64,000 nt of DNA from Deferribacterales bacterium (GCA_050251945.1 JBFWLW010000011.1:1-64000), one strand, 5' to 3'. Shown: positions 19,501-28,975, counted from the first letter of the stretch. The notes: generated by a model from the letters alone, not told the origin. Translations and numbers: made by a program.

Positions 19501-20260
19501 ATTTTAAAGCAAAAATGACCAGAAAAAGCAGGGAAACCAAGAGAAAAATATTGTATTCTTCAGTGTTTTTAAAGAAAAGTCCAATTTTTCTGATAAATGG
19601 GAAAGTGTATTTTTTGAAAATAAGAAATAATCCTGAAAATGACAAGACATAAAGCAGATATTTTATCAAGAGGATCTTTCCATCATTATTTGTAATAACA
19701 AAATGCCTGATACTGCCGTTGAAGACCCTTTTCTTGTCAAAACCTCTGCCGGATATAACCTTAGAAAAATTTAATTTAATGTCACCGGTATTCAGCGATT
19801 TAATCCTATCATAATCATATGATATTGAGAGATTATTGCTTGCTGTTGAGTAACTTATGCCTAAATTGTGCCATTTTGCCAAATCCGGAACAACACCCAG
19901 ATTCAGACCGTGCATGATATTTTTTGTATCAGTGTATACAAGCGCCAGTTCTGATATATTATTATTAGATCTTATGAATTCAAGTCTGAAACCGTCGTTG
20001 TAATTTGCAGTTTGAAAGATGTCTTCATATATGACGTTATTGTGGCTATCCGTTGTTTTATTGATATAAAAGTCAAAATTTATTGTGAAATCAGAGATGT
20101 TCTTACTTACATTTTTCTTTGACTTCTGTATTGCTCCCACGTTTTTATAATCTTTGAGCCTGATTTCTTTATTACCGTAGTAAAAGAAGAGTATCCACAA
20201 AACAGAAATAGAGGAAATTATCAGGATGTTGACCAGAGTTGATTTGCCGGATAAATGCAT
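16538..20260 (-). CDS. Large membrane phosphoethanolamine-transferase/sulfatase-fold protein with two LamG-like domains
   Basis: IIVIGES, YGYFRNTTPWL, IHLMGSH, YD and YFSDHGE motifs. A duplicated N-terminal domain contains IFQTANxNDGxRxE and KWH. Confidence 0.8.
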   Translation of the reverse strand: MHLSGKSTLVNILIISSISVLWILFFYYGNKEIRLKDYKNVGAIQKSKKNVSKNISDFTINFDFYINKTTDSHNNVIYEDIFQTANYNDGFRLEFIRSNNNISELALVYTDTKNIMHGLNLGVVPDLAKWHNLGISYSTASNNLSISYDYDRIKSLNTGDIKLNFSKVISGRGFDKKRVFNGSIRHFVITNNDGKILLIKYLLYVLSFSGLFLIFKKYTFPFIRKIGLFFKNTEEYNIFLLVSLLFLVIFALKYFSQYTLPDYTDYNQTKSLEHKLSIKKDFSIKFDMLIDPVKERFEGIRYENIFQTANWNDGIRIELARKSENDTLWGLIYTNKLGTLKSVDLGTIPSESKWHHVAVNYMHDKNRIDVFVNGICLSSLNDVNMQPKFSRVIAGKAFEDRVFHGKIKNFTIQKGSIPIFLYLIFLVISMFGFVSISRKNATNYKPIMKRVYVFFLFTLVISLLIFTAESFLVGENAFFRFSNILLTVLLFIFLIAFMRKIRSKAISVTGQTVIYAAFCGYLSMYLSSALYMLGKISNQVRSPYGLSLDEIAAIYQSSVTESSQFIITNLGYSALAVMIIIPFAGTVILFAAERFITPLWKRNYLLIYSFVIIIAFYFLIPTVPTYPKAIYAGFERYSQIVSEMKKMSAKRRQINFDLSVTNNMKGTHIIVIGESENRDHMGAYGYFRNTTPWLSKESADDADNIVLLTNTYAPYCHTIPSIMKTLTEANQYNKYKQNQAISIIDIANKAGFNTYWISEQHGAMIDTPLSMIINESRKVKYVEEGGHIIKTVQNLMKDIDRSKNNLIVIHLMGSHADYNQRLKYEKFRYKDKEQSSIGNLADDKAFTDNILNPYDSTIRQTDYILQNLHNATIEKYDFVDSFVYFSDHGEDVFGQKFHNSANFSYPMVRIPLFMTFSDRFKNNVMKSDYDTLKSRESFVFTNDLLFNTLLDIYQIKSSHFEKGYSLLKQNYKINENNALTMQKSPDEDTTYYTMTTAKYVKNDPEYISKKNLEYLNSHFPDKILSSNNDISAKTYQSYILGFQGIEFNVALENMHIGHYPEYVFDTSVESFLNIKPVKQFKRLWFDIKSPENKDIGYSLNTFEKLDIKYHIKHRALIESWENGLDKFSKNGWNTSYYIKTKSASDQPRDEKYASVIAGKIKSSHAEGVSFAYEDYDFVKKYVEPDLPEDISYHVFGLPENVQISNPNMKNEIKNYPVFKDPKVKTILLEAATALKYWPTN

Positions 20261-20593
20261 TTAATTCACCAATTTTAATTTATTAACTCAGATGATTTGA
20301 AGACTGTGAATTTATGCCGTTATTATGAATCAAAACAAATATATAGTTTTCATAACAGATTAGTAATAATAGCTTTTGTTAAATCTTCGCGGATAGTATA
20401 ACCCTTCAGGCGGGATAACTATTAATGAAAATTTAGCGGACAAAAATTTAACATAATGCCGTCATATTATGTTTCAGCGGTGAATTACATTTGTATAAAT
20501 TATTGTTATGCTAATTGATGCAAAATCATGATGATAAAGTTCAAAAAGTATAATACTGTGTCTGATCTGAGTGATGTGTCAGCGAATTAGGGA

Positions 20594-21529
20594 TTAATTA
20601 TGTCGCGACTGTGTTGATTGGAGCAGGGTGGTTAGTATATTTGAAAATACTTTTTCAACGCTGATTTCCTGCATGCATAGATTTTCTTTGCAGGCGTGCT
20701 TTCCGTTGTTTTCGCAGGGGGCGCATGGGCGCTTTGACATTATTATATCCGAAACGGAAGGCGGGGCGCACTCGTTTGGGTCGGTTGCGCCGAAAACAGC
20801 GGTGACGGGTATATCCGTGCATGCGGCAAGGTGCGTTAACCCGCTGTCGCAACCTATATATCCGGCGGCTCCTTTGATGATATGATAACAGTCCGAAAGA
20901 CTTGTTTTTCCTGTATAATCAAAAATCTTTGGATGGTTTACGTTCAGCTTTTCCTCTTCAATTCCTAAAATAGCCACGAAGTAATCCGTTTGCTCAACAA
21001 TCTTAATGGCGAGTTCAGCCTGTTTGTCCCATATCTTTTGAGGGGTATGTCTGCGGAAGTTTCTTCCGCCGCCTGCTGAAATAGCTATGTATGGGCTATC
21101 CGGCAGGTTCATTGCGGACTCTTCTGGGTGGAATGAATACCCGAAACCATATCCCGCACCAACAGTTTTAAGATGCCACATATGCCTTGATATGCCGGAT
21201 TCTTTCACGGAACAGATGCAGTTTGCGCCCGATATTTTAGCCAGAGTGTGCCATTTCGGGTCTGTGTGGAATACGTATGCCGTATCGAATCCGCGGAGCA
21301 GGCTGGCGATATTTATGGCTTCAAACGGCATCAACGGGCTGTAAAGTCTTTTGGATCTGAACGTGAGTATTTTGTCGAGCGCCTTATGGTTTTTCAGAAC
21401 GTGGGCATACTCTACGCCGCAGATAAGTGTTATCTCGCTTTCGGGGTGTTTTTTGCGGATGGCTGAGAGGGCAGGGGTTACCTGGATAAGGTCGCCGATG
21501 GCTCCCGTTTTAACAGCGGCAATTTTCAT
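20594..21529 (-). CDS. Glycosyltransferase family 9 (LPS heptosyltransferase-like)
   Basis: AIGDLIQVTP, GKTSL, GCDSGLTHLAA and VFGATDP motifs. Confidence 0.9.
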   Translation of the reverse strand: MKIAAVKTGAIGDLIQVTPALSAIRKKHPESEITLICGVEYAHVLKNHKALDKILTFRSKRLYSPLMPFEAINIASLLRGFDTAYVFHTDPKWHTLAKISGANCICSVKESGISRHMWHLKTVGAGYGFGYSFHPEESAMNLPDSPYIAISAGGGRNFRRHTPQKIWDKQAELAIKIVEQTDYFVAILGIEEEKLNVNHPKIFDYTGKTSLSDCYHIIKGAAGYIGCDSGLTHLAACTDIPVTAVFGATDPNECAPPSVSDIIMSKRPCAPCENNGKHACKENLCMQEISVEKVFSNILTTLLQSTQSRHN

Positions 21530-21598
21530 GGGTGTGATGCAAAAAAGCCGAAATCCTTCACAGAACTTCGGCTTTGCATAACTTGTTTGATAAAGCTA

Positions 21599-21868
21599 TT
21601 AAGCAGTTTTAAGAGCGTTAAGCTTCTTAGCAAGTCTGGACTGACGGCGAGCCACTTGGTTTTTGTGGATAACGCCTTTAGATCCGATAGAAGCTATAGT
21701 TGCTGCAGCGGCTTTGAAAGCTGCTTCAGAAGTTTCTACGTCGCCGGTTTGAGTGGCGGTAGTAAACTTTTTAACCATAGTTTTCATTTTAGACTTGTAT
21801 GACTTGTTTCTAAGATTTCTTTTTTCGCTCTGACGGATTCTTTTCAGTGCAGAAATTGTATGAGCCAC
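21599..21868 (-). CDS. rpsT: 30S ribosomal protein S20
   Basis: SALKRIRQSEKRNLRN and KGVIHKN motifs; GTG start after the GAGGTG RBS. Confidence 0.95.
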   Translation of the reverse strand: MAHTISALKRIRQSEKRNLRNKSYKSKMKTMVKKFTTATQTGDVETSEAAFKAAAATIASIGSKGVIHKNQVARRQSRLAKKLNALKTA

Positions 21869-22013
21869 GTCATTCACCTCTATTTATTCTTATGAGCGGA
21901 TAAGACTATCAGAAAGACTTTCTGATGTCAATAACTAAACATATTCAAACTTGCGCTTGATATACATTTTTCACAGTGATAGATTACCTTAAACCATATA
22001 CGGAGATATTGAT

Positions 22014-22355
22014 ATGAAAAAATATATAGCGGCAGTGATATTTGCCGCGCTTATGACCGGATGCGGCGCTCAGACCGCTTCTGTTGCCCCTGCTGACCAG
22101 ACCAGACTGGAAGCGCTGGAGATTCAGCAGAAGAGTGACTCTGAACGTATTGCCAGGCTTGAAAAAGAACTCAGCGAGACTAAAGAGGCGCTTGAACGCT
22201 CACAAAGGCAGTCCAAACAGCTCGGCGAAAGTTACGACACGCTGGTTGGGATGTTCAGGGACTACAAACAGGTCGTAGTCGGTCTGATGGATAATATGAA
22301 AAAGATGATGAACAGCACCGCTAAAGATAAAGAAGAGGCTCCTAAAGGCAATTAA
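22014..22355 (+). CDS. Coiled-coil lipoprotein
   Basis: Lipobox MTGC, GGAG RBS, heptad-rich body. Confidence 0.8.
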   Translation: MKKYIAAVIFAALMTGCGAQTASVAPADQTRLEALEIQQKSDSERIARLEKELSETKEALERSQRQSKQLGESYDTLVGMFRDYKQVVVGLMDNMKKMMNSTAKDKEEAPKGN

Positions 22356-23005
22356 TCTGTAAGATATATTTCGATACGTTCCTTGCCTTTGCCGGGGTTG
22401 ACACGTTTAAGGGTCAGCCCTCCTATCTCCTTTGTGCTTCTGATATGTGTGCCGCCGCATGGAACCTGTGCAAAGCCCTCGATACGCCAGAACCGGTGTT
22501 CGTTCTCAACGTCGTCAAAATCGCAGATTATCTTATGATCCGCCGCGATCGTCTTTGCCAGTTCTGCGTTCAGAAAATCGAAGGTTGACGAAATATTCCC
22601 GTCCCACATAAAATCCACCCGCGCCTTATCCTCTGTGATGTTTGCGCCTATTTTTTCAGGGTGTCCGAAGTTCTGATATACAAGCTCAAGAACCAGTTCC
22701 GCAGCAAAGTGCAGTTTCATGATCCTGTATCGTTTTTCCCAGTCTATGCACACTTCAACGTTGTCGCCAAGGCAGAGTGTATGGTTTTGCGGAAGTGTAT
22801 AAAATATCTCAAAACCGTCCCGTTCCGCCTGCAATATCTCAAATTCCCCTATGGTGCCGATGTCGGACTGCTGCCCGCCCTCGAAAGCATAAGCGACAGT
22901 ATGGCTGAGAGTTATGCGGTCGGCATTAATGGACGTGATCCGTCCTGTGCATTTTGTCAGATAAGGGTCTTTCCAGAATAGTTTTTCAACCGGCATAGCT
23001 GTCAC
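22352..23005 (-). CDS. AlaX-type alanyl-tRNA editing protein
   Basis: AFEGGQQSD, RIMKLHFAAE and VPCGGTH motifs. Confidence 0.88.
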   Translation of the reverse strand: MTAMPVEKLFWKDPYLTKCTGRITSINADRITLSHTVAYAFEGGQQSDIGTIGEFEILQAERDGFEIFYTLPQNHTLCLGDNVEVCIDWEKRYRIMKLHFAAELVLELVYQNFGHPEKIGANITEDKARVDFMWDGNISSTFDFLNAELAKTIAADHKIICDFDDVENEHRFWRIEGFAQVPCGGTHIRSTKEIGGLTLKRVNPGKGKERIEIYLTD

Positions 23006-23748
23006 TTTTCTGAGTGGTGGGTTCTGAAATTTTCTTCTGCTGCAATGAGCCTGTCTCTGAAATCATGCAGGTGATCGTGCATGGCTTTAAAGACAGCTTC
23101 TTCGTCCTTCGACATAAAAGCTTTCAGAAGTTCATCGTGCATGCCTGCCGGGTGAACTTTATCGGGATGGAAAGACGGCTGGAGGTCTTTTGTCACTTCG
23201 CGAACAAGGATAGCGAGGGATTTTATAATTGCCTCAAGGAATCTGTTGCCTGTGAGTTCTGCAATGAGATAGTGAAGATGCGAGCGGTTGTAAACCATGT
23301 CGTCGTTTTCGCCGGATAAGATGTGTTCCGATTCTACTATCTGTTTAATCTTCTCAAGGTCGGCATCCGTACAGTTGTGAACGGCTAGCTTTGCTGCCGC
23401 CGGTTCAATGAGAATTCTTGCCTGTGCTATTTCCGGAAGAGACATCTTGCCGGACATGAAAAGGTCGAAACATGCGTTACTGAGCCTTTCAAATGTAATG
23501 TGACGGACGAAAGCGCCTCCGGTTGAACCCTGCTTGATTTCGACGAAAGAGTTTGCCTCGAGGACTTTTATAGCTTCACGGACAACGGTACGGCTAACCT
23601 GAAACATTTCAATCAGTTCCCTTTCGGAAGGGAGCTTGTCTCCGGCTTTATACTGTTCGGTCAAAATAGCTTCTTTCAATTGGTTATAAACTTCGTCTGA
23701 AGCCTTTATTTGTTTAATGGGAGTAAATGTCGGCACTTCAATCTCCAA
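23002..23748 (-). CDS. FadR/GntR-family transcriptional regulator
   Basis: GDKLPSEREL..FQVSRTVVREA HTH plus an FCD domain. Confidence 0.92.
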   Translation of the reverse strand: MEIEVPTFTPIKQIKASDEVYNQLKEAILTEQYKAGDKLPSERELIEMFQVSRTVVREAIKVLEANSFVEIKQGSTGGAFVRHITFERLSNACFDLFMSGKMSLPEIAQARILIEPAAAKLAVHNCTDADLEKIKQIVESEHILSGENDDMVYNRSHLHYLIAELTGNRFLEAIIKSLAILVREVTKDLQPSFHPDKVHPAGMHDELLKAFMSKDEEAVFKAMHDHLHDFRDRLIAAEENFRTHHSEK

Positions 23749-23854
23749 TAAATAGGATAATCATATTAATAATACATATTACTGATTATGAGAACAACAA
23801 TTTTAAAATAAGTTCAAGAGCTTTGCAAGCGAAATTGATCAATTATTAATATTT

Positions 23855-23918
23855 AAATGTATTACATAAAATGTATGATATTTGAATTGACGGTTCATTT
23901 TTTAAATGTTATACATTT
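23855..23918 (+). promoter_or_regulatory. Sigma70 promoter (TTGACG-17-TATACA) with three FadR-type operator-like sites
   Basis: AAATGT-N3-ACATTT-like sites at 23855, 23869 and 23904; the last overlaps the -10. Confidence 0.6.
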
Positions 23919-23960
23919 GACATATGATAGTTATATATTTCATCTTAATGGAGTAACGAA

Positions 23961-24302
23961 ATGAGATCATCTAGCTTATTCATTTTTGTTTTTATCTTAA
24001 CGGCAGCTCTGGCGCTGGTTTTTACAGCAAACGCAAACGAGCTGAAAGGCAGGCACAAAGAGGCTGCCGTGGCATGCGCCGACTGCCACAAAACAGACGC
24101 TCCGGATAAACCCGCGCCTGTATCATCCTGCAAAGAGTGCCACGGAGGCTACGCGGAGGTGAAGGAGCTTACCAAAGGGGATGAGGTCAATCCGCACGAT
24201 TCGCACCTTGGCGAAGTGGATTGCAGAGACTGCCACAAAATTCACTCCGAATCACAGCTCGTTTGTGCTTCATGCCACAACTTTGAGCTGATCGTACCAT
24301 GA
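23961..24302 (+). CDS. Periplasmic tetraheme cytochrome c (flavocytochrome c heme subunit)
   Basis: Signal peptide; CADCH, CKECH, CRDCH, CASCH; NPHDSH motif. Confidence 0.92.
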   Translation: MRSSSLFIFVFILTAALALVFTANANELKGRHKEAAVACADCHKTDAPDKPAPVSSCKECHGGYAEVKELTKGDEVNPHDSHLGEVDCRDCHKIHSESQLVCASCHNFELIVP

Positions 24303-24403
24303 CAGCCGTCCGGTAAGGACAACAAGGGGGAGCCTTTGTTTTTCCGGCAGTTTATCACGTGAGCTTGTGTCAAAGGACACAAAATATAAAGTGAGGTAAC
24401 ACA

Positions 24404-25933
24404 ATGAACCGTCTTTTATCAATCAAAGCAATCTTAACTTTCTTCATTGCACTGTTTTTGTGTATGCCCGCGTATGCCGACAAGGTCTACAATGCAGACT
24501 ACGTAATCGTCGGCGGCGGCGCAACAGGTCTCAGCTCTGCTGTTCAGGCTCAGCAGCTCGGTCTTAAAGTTGTTGTCATGGAAAAACAGGCAATAACAGG
24601 CGGAACAGGCAACTTTGCCGAAGGTCTTTTCGCGGCTGAAAGCAGCCTTCAGATCAGGCAGGGTATCGACGTTTCTAAAGAATTCGCTTTCAAAACAATC
24701 ATGGATTACAGCCACTGGAGGGCTAACGCTCCTCTGGTCAGCGCATTTGTGAACAAATCCGCTGAAACCATCGAATGGCTGAAACAGTTCGGCATCAAAT
24801 ATGAATATATCGGTGTCGGCGGTTTCGGCGGTCCCCTTACATGGCACGTTGTCGGTGACTATGAACAGGATGGAAAAACATACCACCACGGAAAAGCCGT
24901 TATGATGGCTCTCACAAAAACTTTTGTGGACAATGGGGGTACGCTTCTCCTTGAAACCCCTGCAAACGATGTTATTAAAAAAGACGGTAAAGTTGCAGGC
25001 ATCATCGGTTCAACAAAAGATGGCGAAAAAGTAATCGTAAACGCAAAAGCGGTTCTTATATCAAGCGGCGGTTATGCGAACAACAAAGAGATGATGAAGA
25101 AATATTCCAGATATCCTGAAATGATCTTCATCGGTCAGATAGGTAAAATGGGCGACGGTATCCGGATGGCATGGAAAGCTGGCGCAGCAGAAGAGGGCGT
25201 TGACGTTATGCAGTCATACAGACCCGGTCTGGCAGGCTTTCACCCCGCATCGCACCTTATCGCCGCGGCAGTTCAGCCCTATCTTTTCGTAGACCCCAAA
25301 GGTCACAGATATACTGACGAGTCAAACATCACAGAGTGGCCTCAGTCAGGTAACTCTCTGGAGAGAATAGGCGGAACCGCTTACTCTATCTATGACGATA
25401 ACTCCAGACAGATGTTTATCAATCAGGGTATAGACATGCCCCTTGGCGAATGGGTAATTTACGGAACAAAACTTGACAAACTTGATGACGAATTCAATAA
25501 AGAACTCGCCAAAAAGAACGGCAACGTTTTCAAATGCAACACAATTGAAGAGGCTGCAAAAGCTATCGGAGCTGACCCCGAAATCCTGAAAAAGACAGTT
25601 GCGGATATCAACAAAGCGGCTGATATGCACAAAGACGACCTCTATCATAAAGACGCAAGATATCTGCGTCCCGTTTCAAAAGCTCCTTTCTATGTGACAA
25701 AGCTCCACCCCAGAGCGCTGGGAACACTCGGCGGTATCAAGATCAACGAAAAAGCAGAAGTTGTTGATGTTGACGGCGAGATCATCTCCGGTCTTTATGC
25801 GGGCGGTCTTGACGCAGGCGGTATGTATGGTGACAGCTATGACCTGAAACTCGGTGGCGGAACCTTCGGTTTTGCAATCAACTCAGGACGTATCGCTGCT
25901 GAAAACGCTGCCAAATACGTTAAAGGTAAATAA
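24404..25933 (+). CDS. Periplasmic FAD-dependent oxidoreductase (flavocytochrome c flavin subunit), module 1
   Basis: Sec-type signal, VIVGGGATG Rossmann motif, TLGGIKIN and GLYAGG. Confidence 0.9.
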   Translation: MNRLLSIKAILTFFIALFLCMPAYADKVYNADYVIVGGGATGLSSAVQAQQLGLKVVVMEKQAITGGTGNFAEGLFAAESSLQIRQGIDVSKEFAFKTIMDYSHWRANAPLVSAFVNKSAETIEWLKQFGIKYEYIGVGGFGGPLTWHVVGDYEQDGKTYHHGKAVMMALTKTFVDNGGTLLLETPANDVIKKDGKVAGIIGSTKDGEKVIVNAKAVLISSGGYANNKEMMKKYSRYPEMIFIGQIGKMGDGIRMAWKAGAAEEGVDVMQSYRPGLAGFHPASHLIAAAVQPYLFVDPKGHRYTDESNITEWPQSGNSLERIGGTAYSIYDDNSRQMFINQGIDMPLGEWVIYGTKLDKLDDEFNKELAKKNGNVFKCNTIEEAAKAIGADPEILKKTVADINKAADMHKDDLYHKDARYLRPVSKAPFYVTKLHPRALGTLGGIKINEKAEVVDVDGEIISGLYAGGLDAGGMYGDSYDLKLGGGTFGFAINSGRIAAENAAKYVKGK

Positions 25934-25996
25934 TGTCAAAGGTGTCCGGTTAAAAAGCCGGACACCCTTTCTATCACGACTTTGTCAGGAGGAAAC

Positions 25997-27229
25997 ATGA
26001 AACGCAAAATAGCTATGGCAGCTGCTCTCGCACTTGGTCTTACATCAACTTCTTTCGCGGCGGACAACCTTAAGGATATGTTTGCCCGGAGTTACGGCAA
26101 TGGCGAGATCAGAATGCTTGATTTCACAAGGGATTTTGATGATAGCACAGACACCAGAAAGGATAATGCTATCGGCGGTCTCCTTTATCTGCATACAGGC
26201 GACCTGAAAGGCGTCAGCTTTGGTGTGACATTCGCCACCGCGCGCGATATGTACAGCGATGACGACGATACCGTATACGGACTGCTCCAAAGAGGAGCGG
26301 ACGGAGACCATGAGGGCTTCACCCGTATGCAGGAGTATTATATTCAGGGCGACTGGTTCAACACAAAGATTAAATACGGCGCACAGGAGCTTAACACTCC
26401 ATTCATGAACAAACACGACATCCGCATGCTTCCGAAAACTTACAAAGGGCTGACTATTGAGAACAAATCAGTGGATAACCTGACCCTTTCGGCTTATTAC
26501 ATAACAGATTATATGGGCTGGGCTGACGATGAGTTCATCTCAATGTCCGAATCTATTTCTTCTTCTATTGACGACGACAAACCCGTTCTTGTTTTCGGTG
26601 CGCAGTACAACATTCCCGTGGATTCCGTTAAATCCAGCGTTCAGGCTTGGCATTACAATATGCCCGACATCTTTAATGAAACTTATCTGAACGCTTCCAT
26701 ATCAAAAGACCTCGGCGGAGTGACAGTGTATGTGTCACCTACTGTACTTGATCAGAGATCTCAGGGCGACGAGCTTGCCGGAGACCTTGATACAGACCAG
26801 TACGGTTTCAACGCAGGTGTAAAGTTCAAAGGATTTGATATCACAGGCTTCTATGCAAAAACCGGTGACGACGATCTGCTTGTTCCGTGGGGTGATACAA
26901 AGGTCATAATTCAACAGATACTCGCATCCGGCAGAGCAGAAGAAAAAGCTTATGCGGGCAAGATCAATTATGACTTCGGTACGCTCGGCGTTAAAGGTCT
27001 CAGTGCGTATGTGTTCCATGCGGTCTACGATACGCCTGATTCAGGAAGTAACGCTTCGGCGGATATGAAAGAGACGGATTTCAGCATCCAGTATGCTTTT
27101 TCCGGCGCTCTTGACGGTCTGGGACTTAGAACCAGATATGCCATGGTCGATGTCGACGGCGGCGAAGACTATGATGACACCCGTTTTTATGTAACGTATA
27201 AATTTGCTTTCGGCGGGGCAAATAAGTAG
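25997..27229 (+). CDS. OprD-family outer-membrane porin
   Basis: Signal peptide, GAQELNTPF..DIRMLP motif, amphipathic strands and a C-terminal DTRFYVTYKF strand. Confidence 0.82.
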   Translation: MKRKIAMAAALALGLTSTSFAADNLKDMFARSYGNGEIRMLDFTRDFDDSTDTRKDNAIGGLLYLHTGDLKGVSFGVTFATARDMYSDDDDTVYGLLQRGADGDHEGFTRMQEYYIQGDWFNTKIKYGAQELNTPFMNKHDIRMLPKTYKGLTIENKSVDNLTLSAYYITDYMGWADDEFISMSESISSSIDDDKPVLVFGAQYNIPVDSVKSSVQAWHYNMPDIFNETYLNASISKDLGGVTVYVSPTVLDQRSQGDELAGDLDTDQYGFNAGVKFKGFDITGFYAKTGDDDLLVPWGDTKVIIQQILASGRAEEKAYAGKINYDFGTLGVKGLSAYVFHAVYDTPDSGSNASADMKETDFSIQYAFSGALDGLGLRTRYAMVDVDGGEDYDDTRFYVTYKFAFGGANK

Positions 27230-27329
27230 AGAGAGTTTTTCCTTTATCCTCCAATGTAGTACACGCGAAAGAACCACTGGCTAAGGCGGGGAACCCCGAA
27301 CCCCGCCTTTCCATTTACCGGAGGCGGAA

Positions 27330-28493
27330 ATGGACTACAGACTTAAAATTCTGTTTATTATAAATCTTGCTGTTTCTCTGGGATTTGCTGTTTCCGATGC
27401 ATATTTCTCACTCTATGCCGGAAGTATCGGCGCAAGAGGGTTGATGTTTGCCTTTGCCGTAGGGGGATATTTTGCGGCGAAGATATTTTTCAGCCCTTTT
27501 ACGGGGATGCTTTGCGATAAAATAGGAAGCGGAAGAATACTGATGGCGGCGACTGCTGTCTATTCTGTCATTGCTTTATCATACGTTTTTTTCGACGACC
27601 TCCTTATAGTAACAGCTCTGCGCATCCTGCAGGGTCTGGCAGCCGCTATGTTCAGACCTGTAATGCTTGCCGCTGCGGGGAGTATTGCTCCCCGTATGCG
27701 CAGGGCTGCTTCAATGGGCGCGTTCGACATGTCTTTTTATGCGGCAACCGCCGCCGGACCTCTTCTCGGAGGCATCGTAAGGGATGCTTTCGGGTTCAGT
27801 GGACTTTTTCTCTTCCTGTCTGCTCTCTGCCTGTCGGCATTTGCTGCGTCTGTTCTGTATGCCATGCATGCAGTCGAGCGGGTTCGTACGGATGAAGATG
27901 GCACGGCTTTCTCCGATGTGATAAAAAATCCTGTAGTGGCGGCGCTTCTGGCGTTCATCTTCGGAAGGGCTTTCACGATATCGGCTCTGTGCATCTTTCT
28001 GCCCATCTATCTTGAACAGACAATGGGTTTTTCCCCTTTCCGCATAGGGATGGTGATGTCGCTGTCCACGGTTGTGATGATAGTTTTTCTTCGCCCTATG
28101 GGTGTTCTGGCGGACAGATACCCTAAAAATCTAATGATAATTTCCGGCGGTCTTTATACGGGTATGCTGCTGGTTTTTCTGCCGTTGGTTGAAAGTTATT
28201 ACGGGATTCTTCTGATATGCGGTCTGGTGGGTGTTTTCAGTGCCATGTCACAGCCAGCCTGTTCTGCGCTTCTGATAGAGGAGGGTGAACGTATTGGGCT
28301 TGGTAAAACTGCGGGAGTTTTTAACGGCGCACTTAATCTGGGGTTTGCCGTTGCGCCTTTTGCCGGTTCTCTGGTGCATACTTTTCTTGGTATCCGGTTC
28401 GTATTCTACTTCGCGGGTGTTTCCGCTATGCTCGCCATGCTTGTCAGTTCTTATCTCATGATATCGTTTTCCCCGGTGGAAGCCGACGTCTGA
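27330..28493 (+). CDS. MFS transporter, module 1
   Basis: GMLCDKIG motif A, about 12 TM helices, GPLLGG. Confidence 0.9.
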   Translation: MDYRLKILFIINLAVSLGFAVSDAYFSLYAGSIGARGLMFAFAVGGYFAAKIFFSPFTGMLCDKIGSGRILMAATAVYSVIALSYVFFDDLLIVTALRILQGLAAAMFRPVMLAAAGSIAPRMRRAASMGAFDMSFYAATAAGPLLGGIVRDAFGFSGLFLFLSALCLSAFAASVLYAMHAVERVRTDEDGTAFSDVIKNPVVAALLAFIFGRAFTISALCIFLPIYLEQTMGFSPFRIGMVMSLSTVVMIVFLRPMGVLADRYPKNLMIISGGLYTGMLLVFLPLVESYYGILLICGLVGVFSAMSQPACSALLIEEGERIGLGKTAGVFNGALNLGFAVAPFAGSLVHTFLGIRFVFYFAGVSAMLAMLVSSYLMISFSPVEADV

Positions 28494-28587
28494 TATATCC
28501 TTTTGAGCTATATCAATCTTATTCTGATATAATCCATTAATCATCTTATCGTGATAATATTAACAATATTACAACACGAGGTGAGCA

Positions 28588-28836
28588 GTGCGTATCTTAC
28601 TTGTTATATTTTGTATTGCGTTTTCATTGACTGTTTTTGCTCAAGAAAAGGAAGCGGAATGTGAAAAGCCGCTCTTTGCCTTTAACTATCAAAAAGAAAA
28701 TATATTGCTTCAAAAGAAGAAGGATGAAGATTCCAGACGCGGTTGCTGTTCGCATCATGGTGGCGTATGCGGATGTTCCGGCGGACGTGCGCTTTGCTGC
28801 GACGGAACTTTGAGTCCGACGTGCGGGTGTGATTAA
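28588..28836 (+). CDS. Small secreted Cys-rich protein
   Basis: GAGGTG RBS, signal peptide, RRGCCSHHGGVCGC...CCDGTLSPTCGC. Confidence 0.75.
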   Translation: MRILLVIFCIAFSLTVFAQEKEAECEKPLFAFNYQKENILLQKKKDEDSRRGCCSHHGGVCGCSGGRALCCDGTLSPTCGCD

Positions 28837-28893
28837 AACAAAAGCGGGACAGATCGTCCCGCTCTGGTTGTAGATAAACTGGTTAAAATCAAT

Positions 28894-28975
28894 GAGATTG
28901 CCGCGTCAGCCTGAGGCTTCCTCGCAATGACAGCAACTTACGTCTTCGCGGGAAGCGTGGCGACGAAGCTGTCTA
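28894..28975. repeat. REP/MITE-like palindromic repeat, copy 3
   Basis: GAGATTGCCGCGTC...CCTCGCAATGAC...GTCTTCGCG...GCGACGAAGCTGTCT; its end overlaps the cytochrome stop codon. Confidence 0.75.

Noticed and set aside
24404..25933. Calling the flavoproteins fumarate reductase (fccA/frdA)
   Set aside because: The His/Arg catalytic motifs are absent in all three paralogs.
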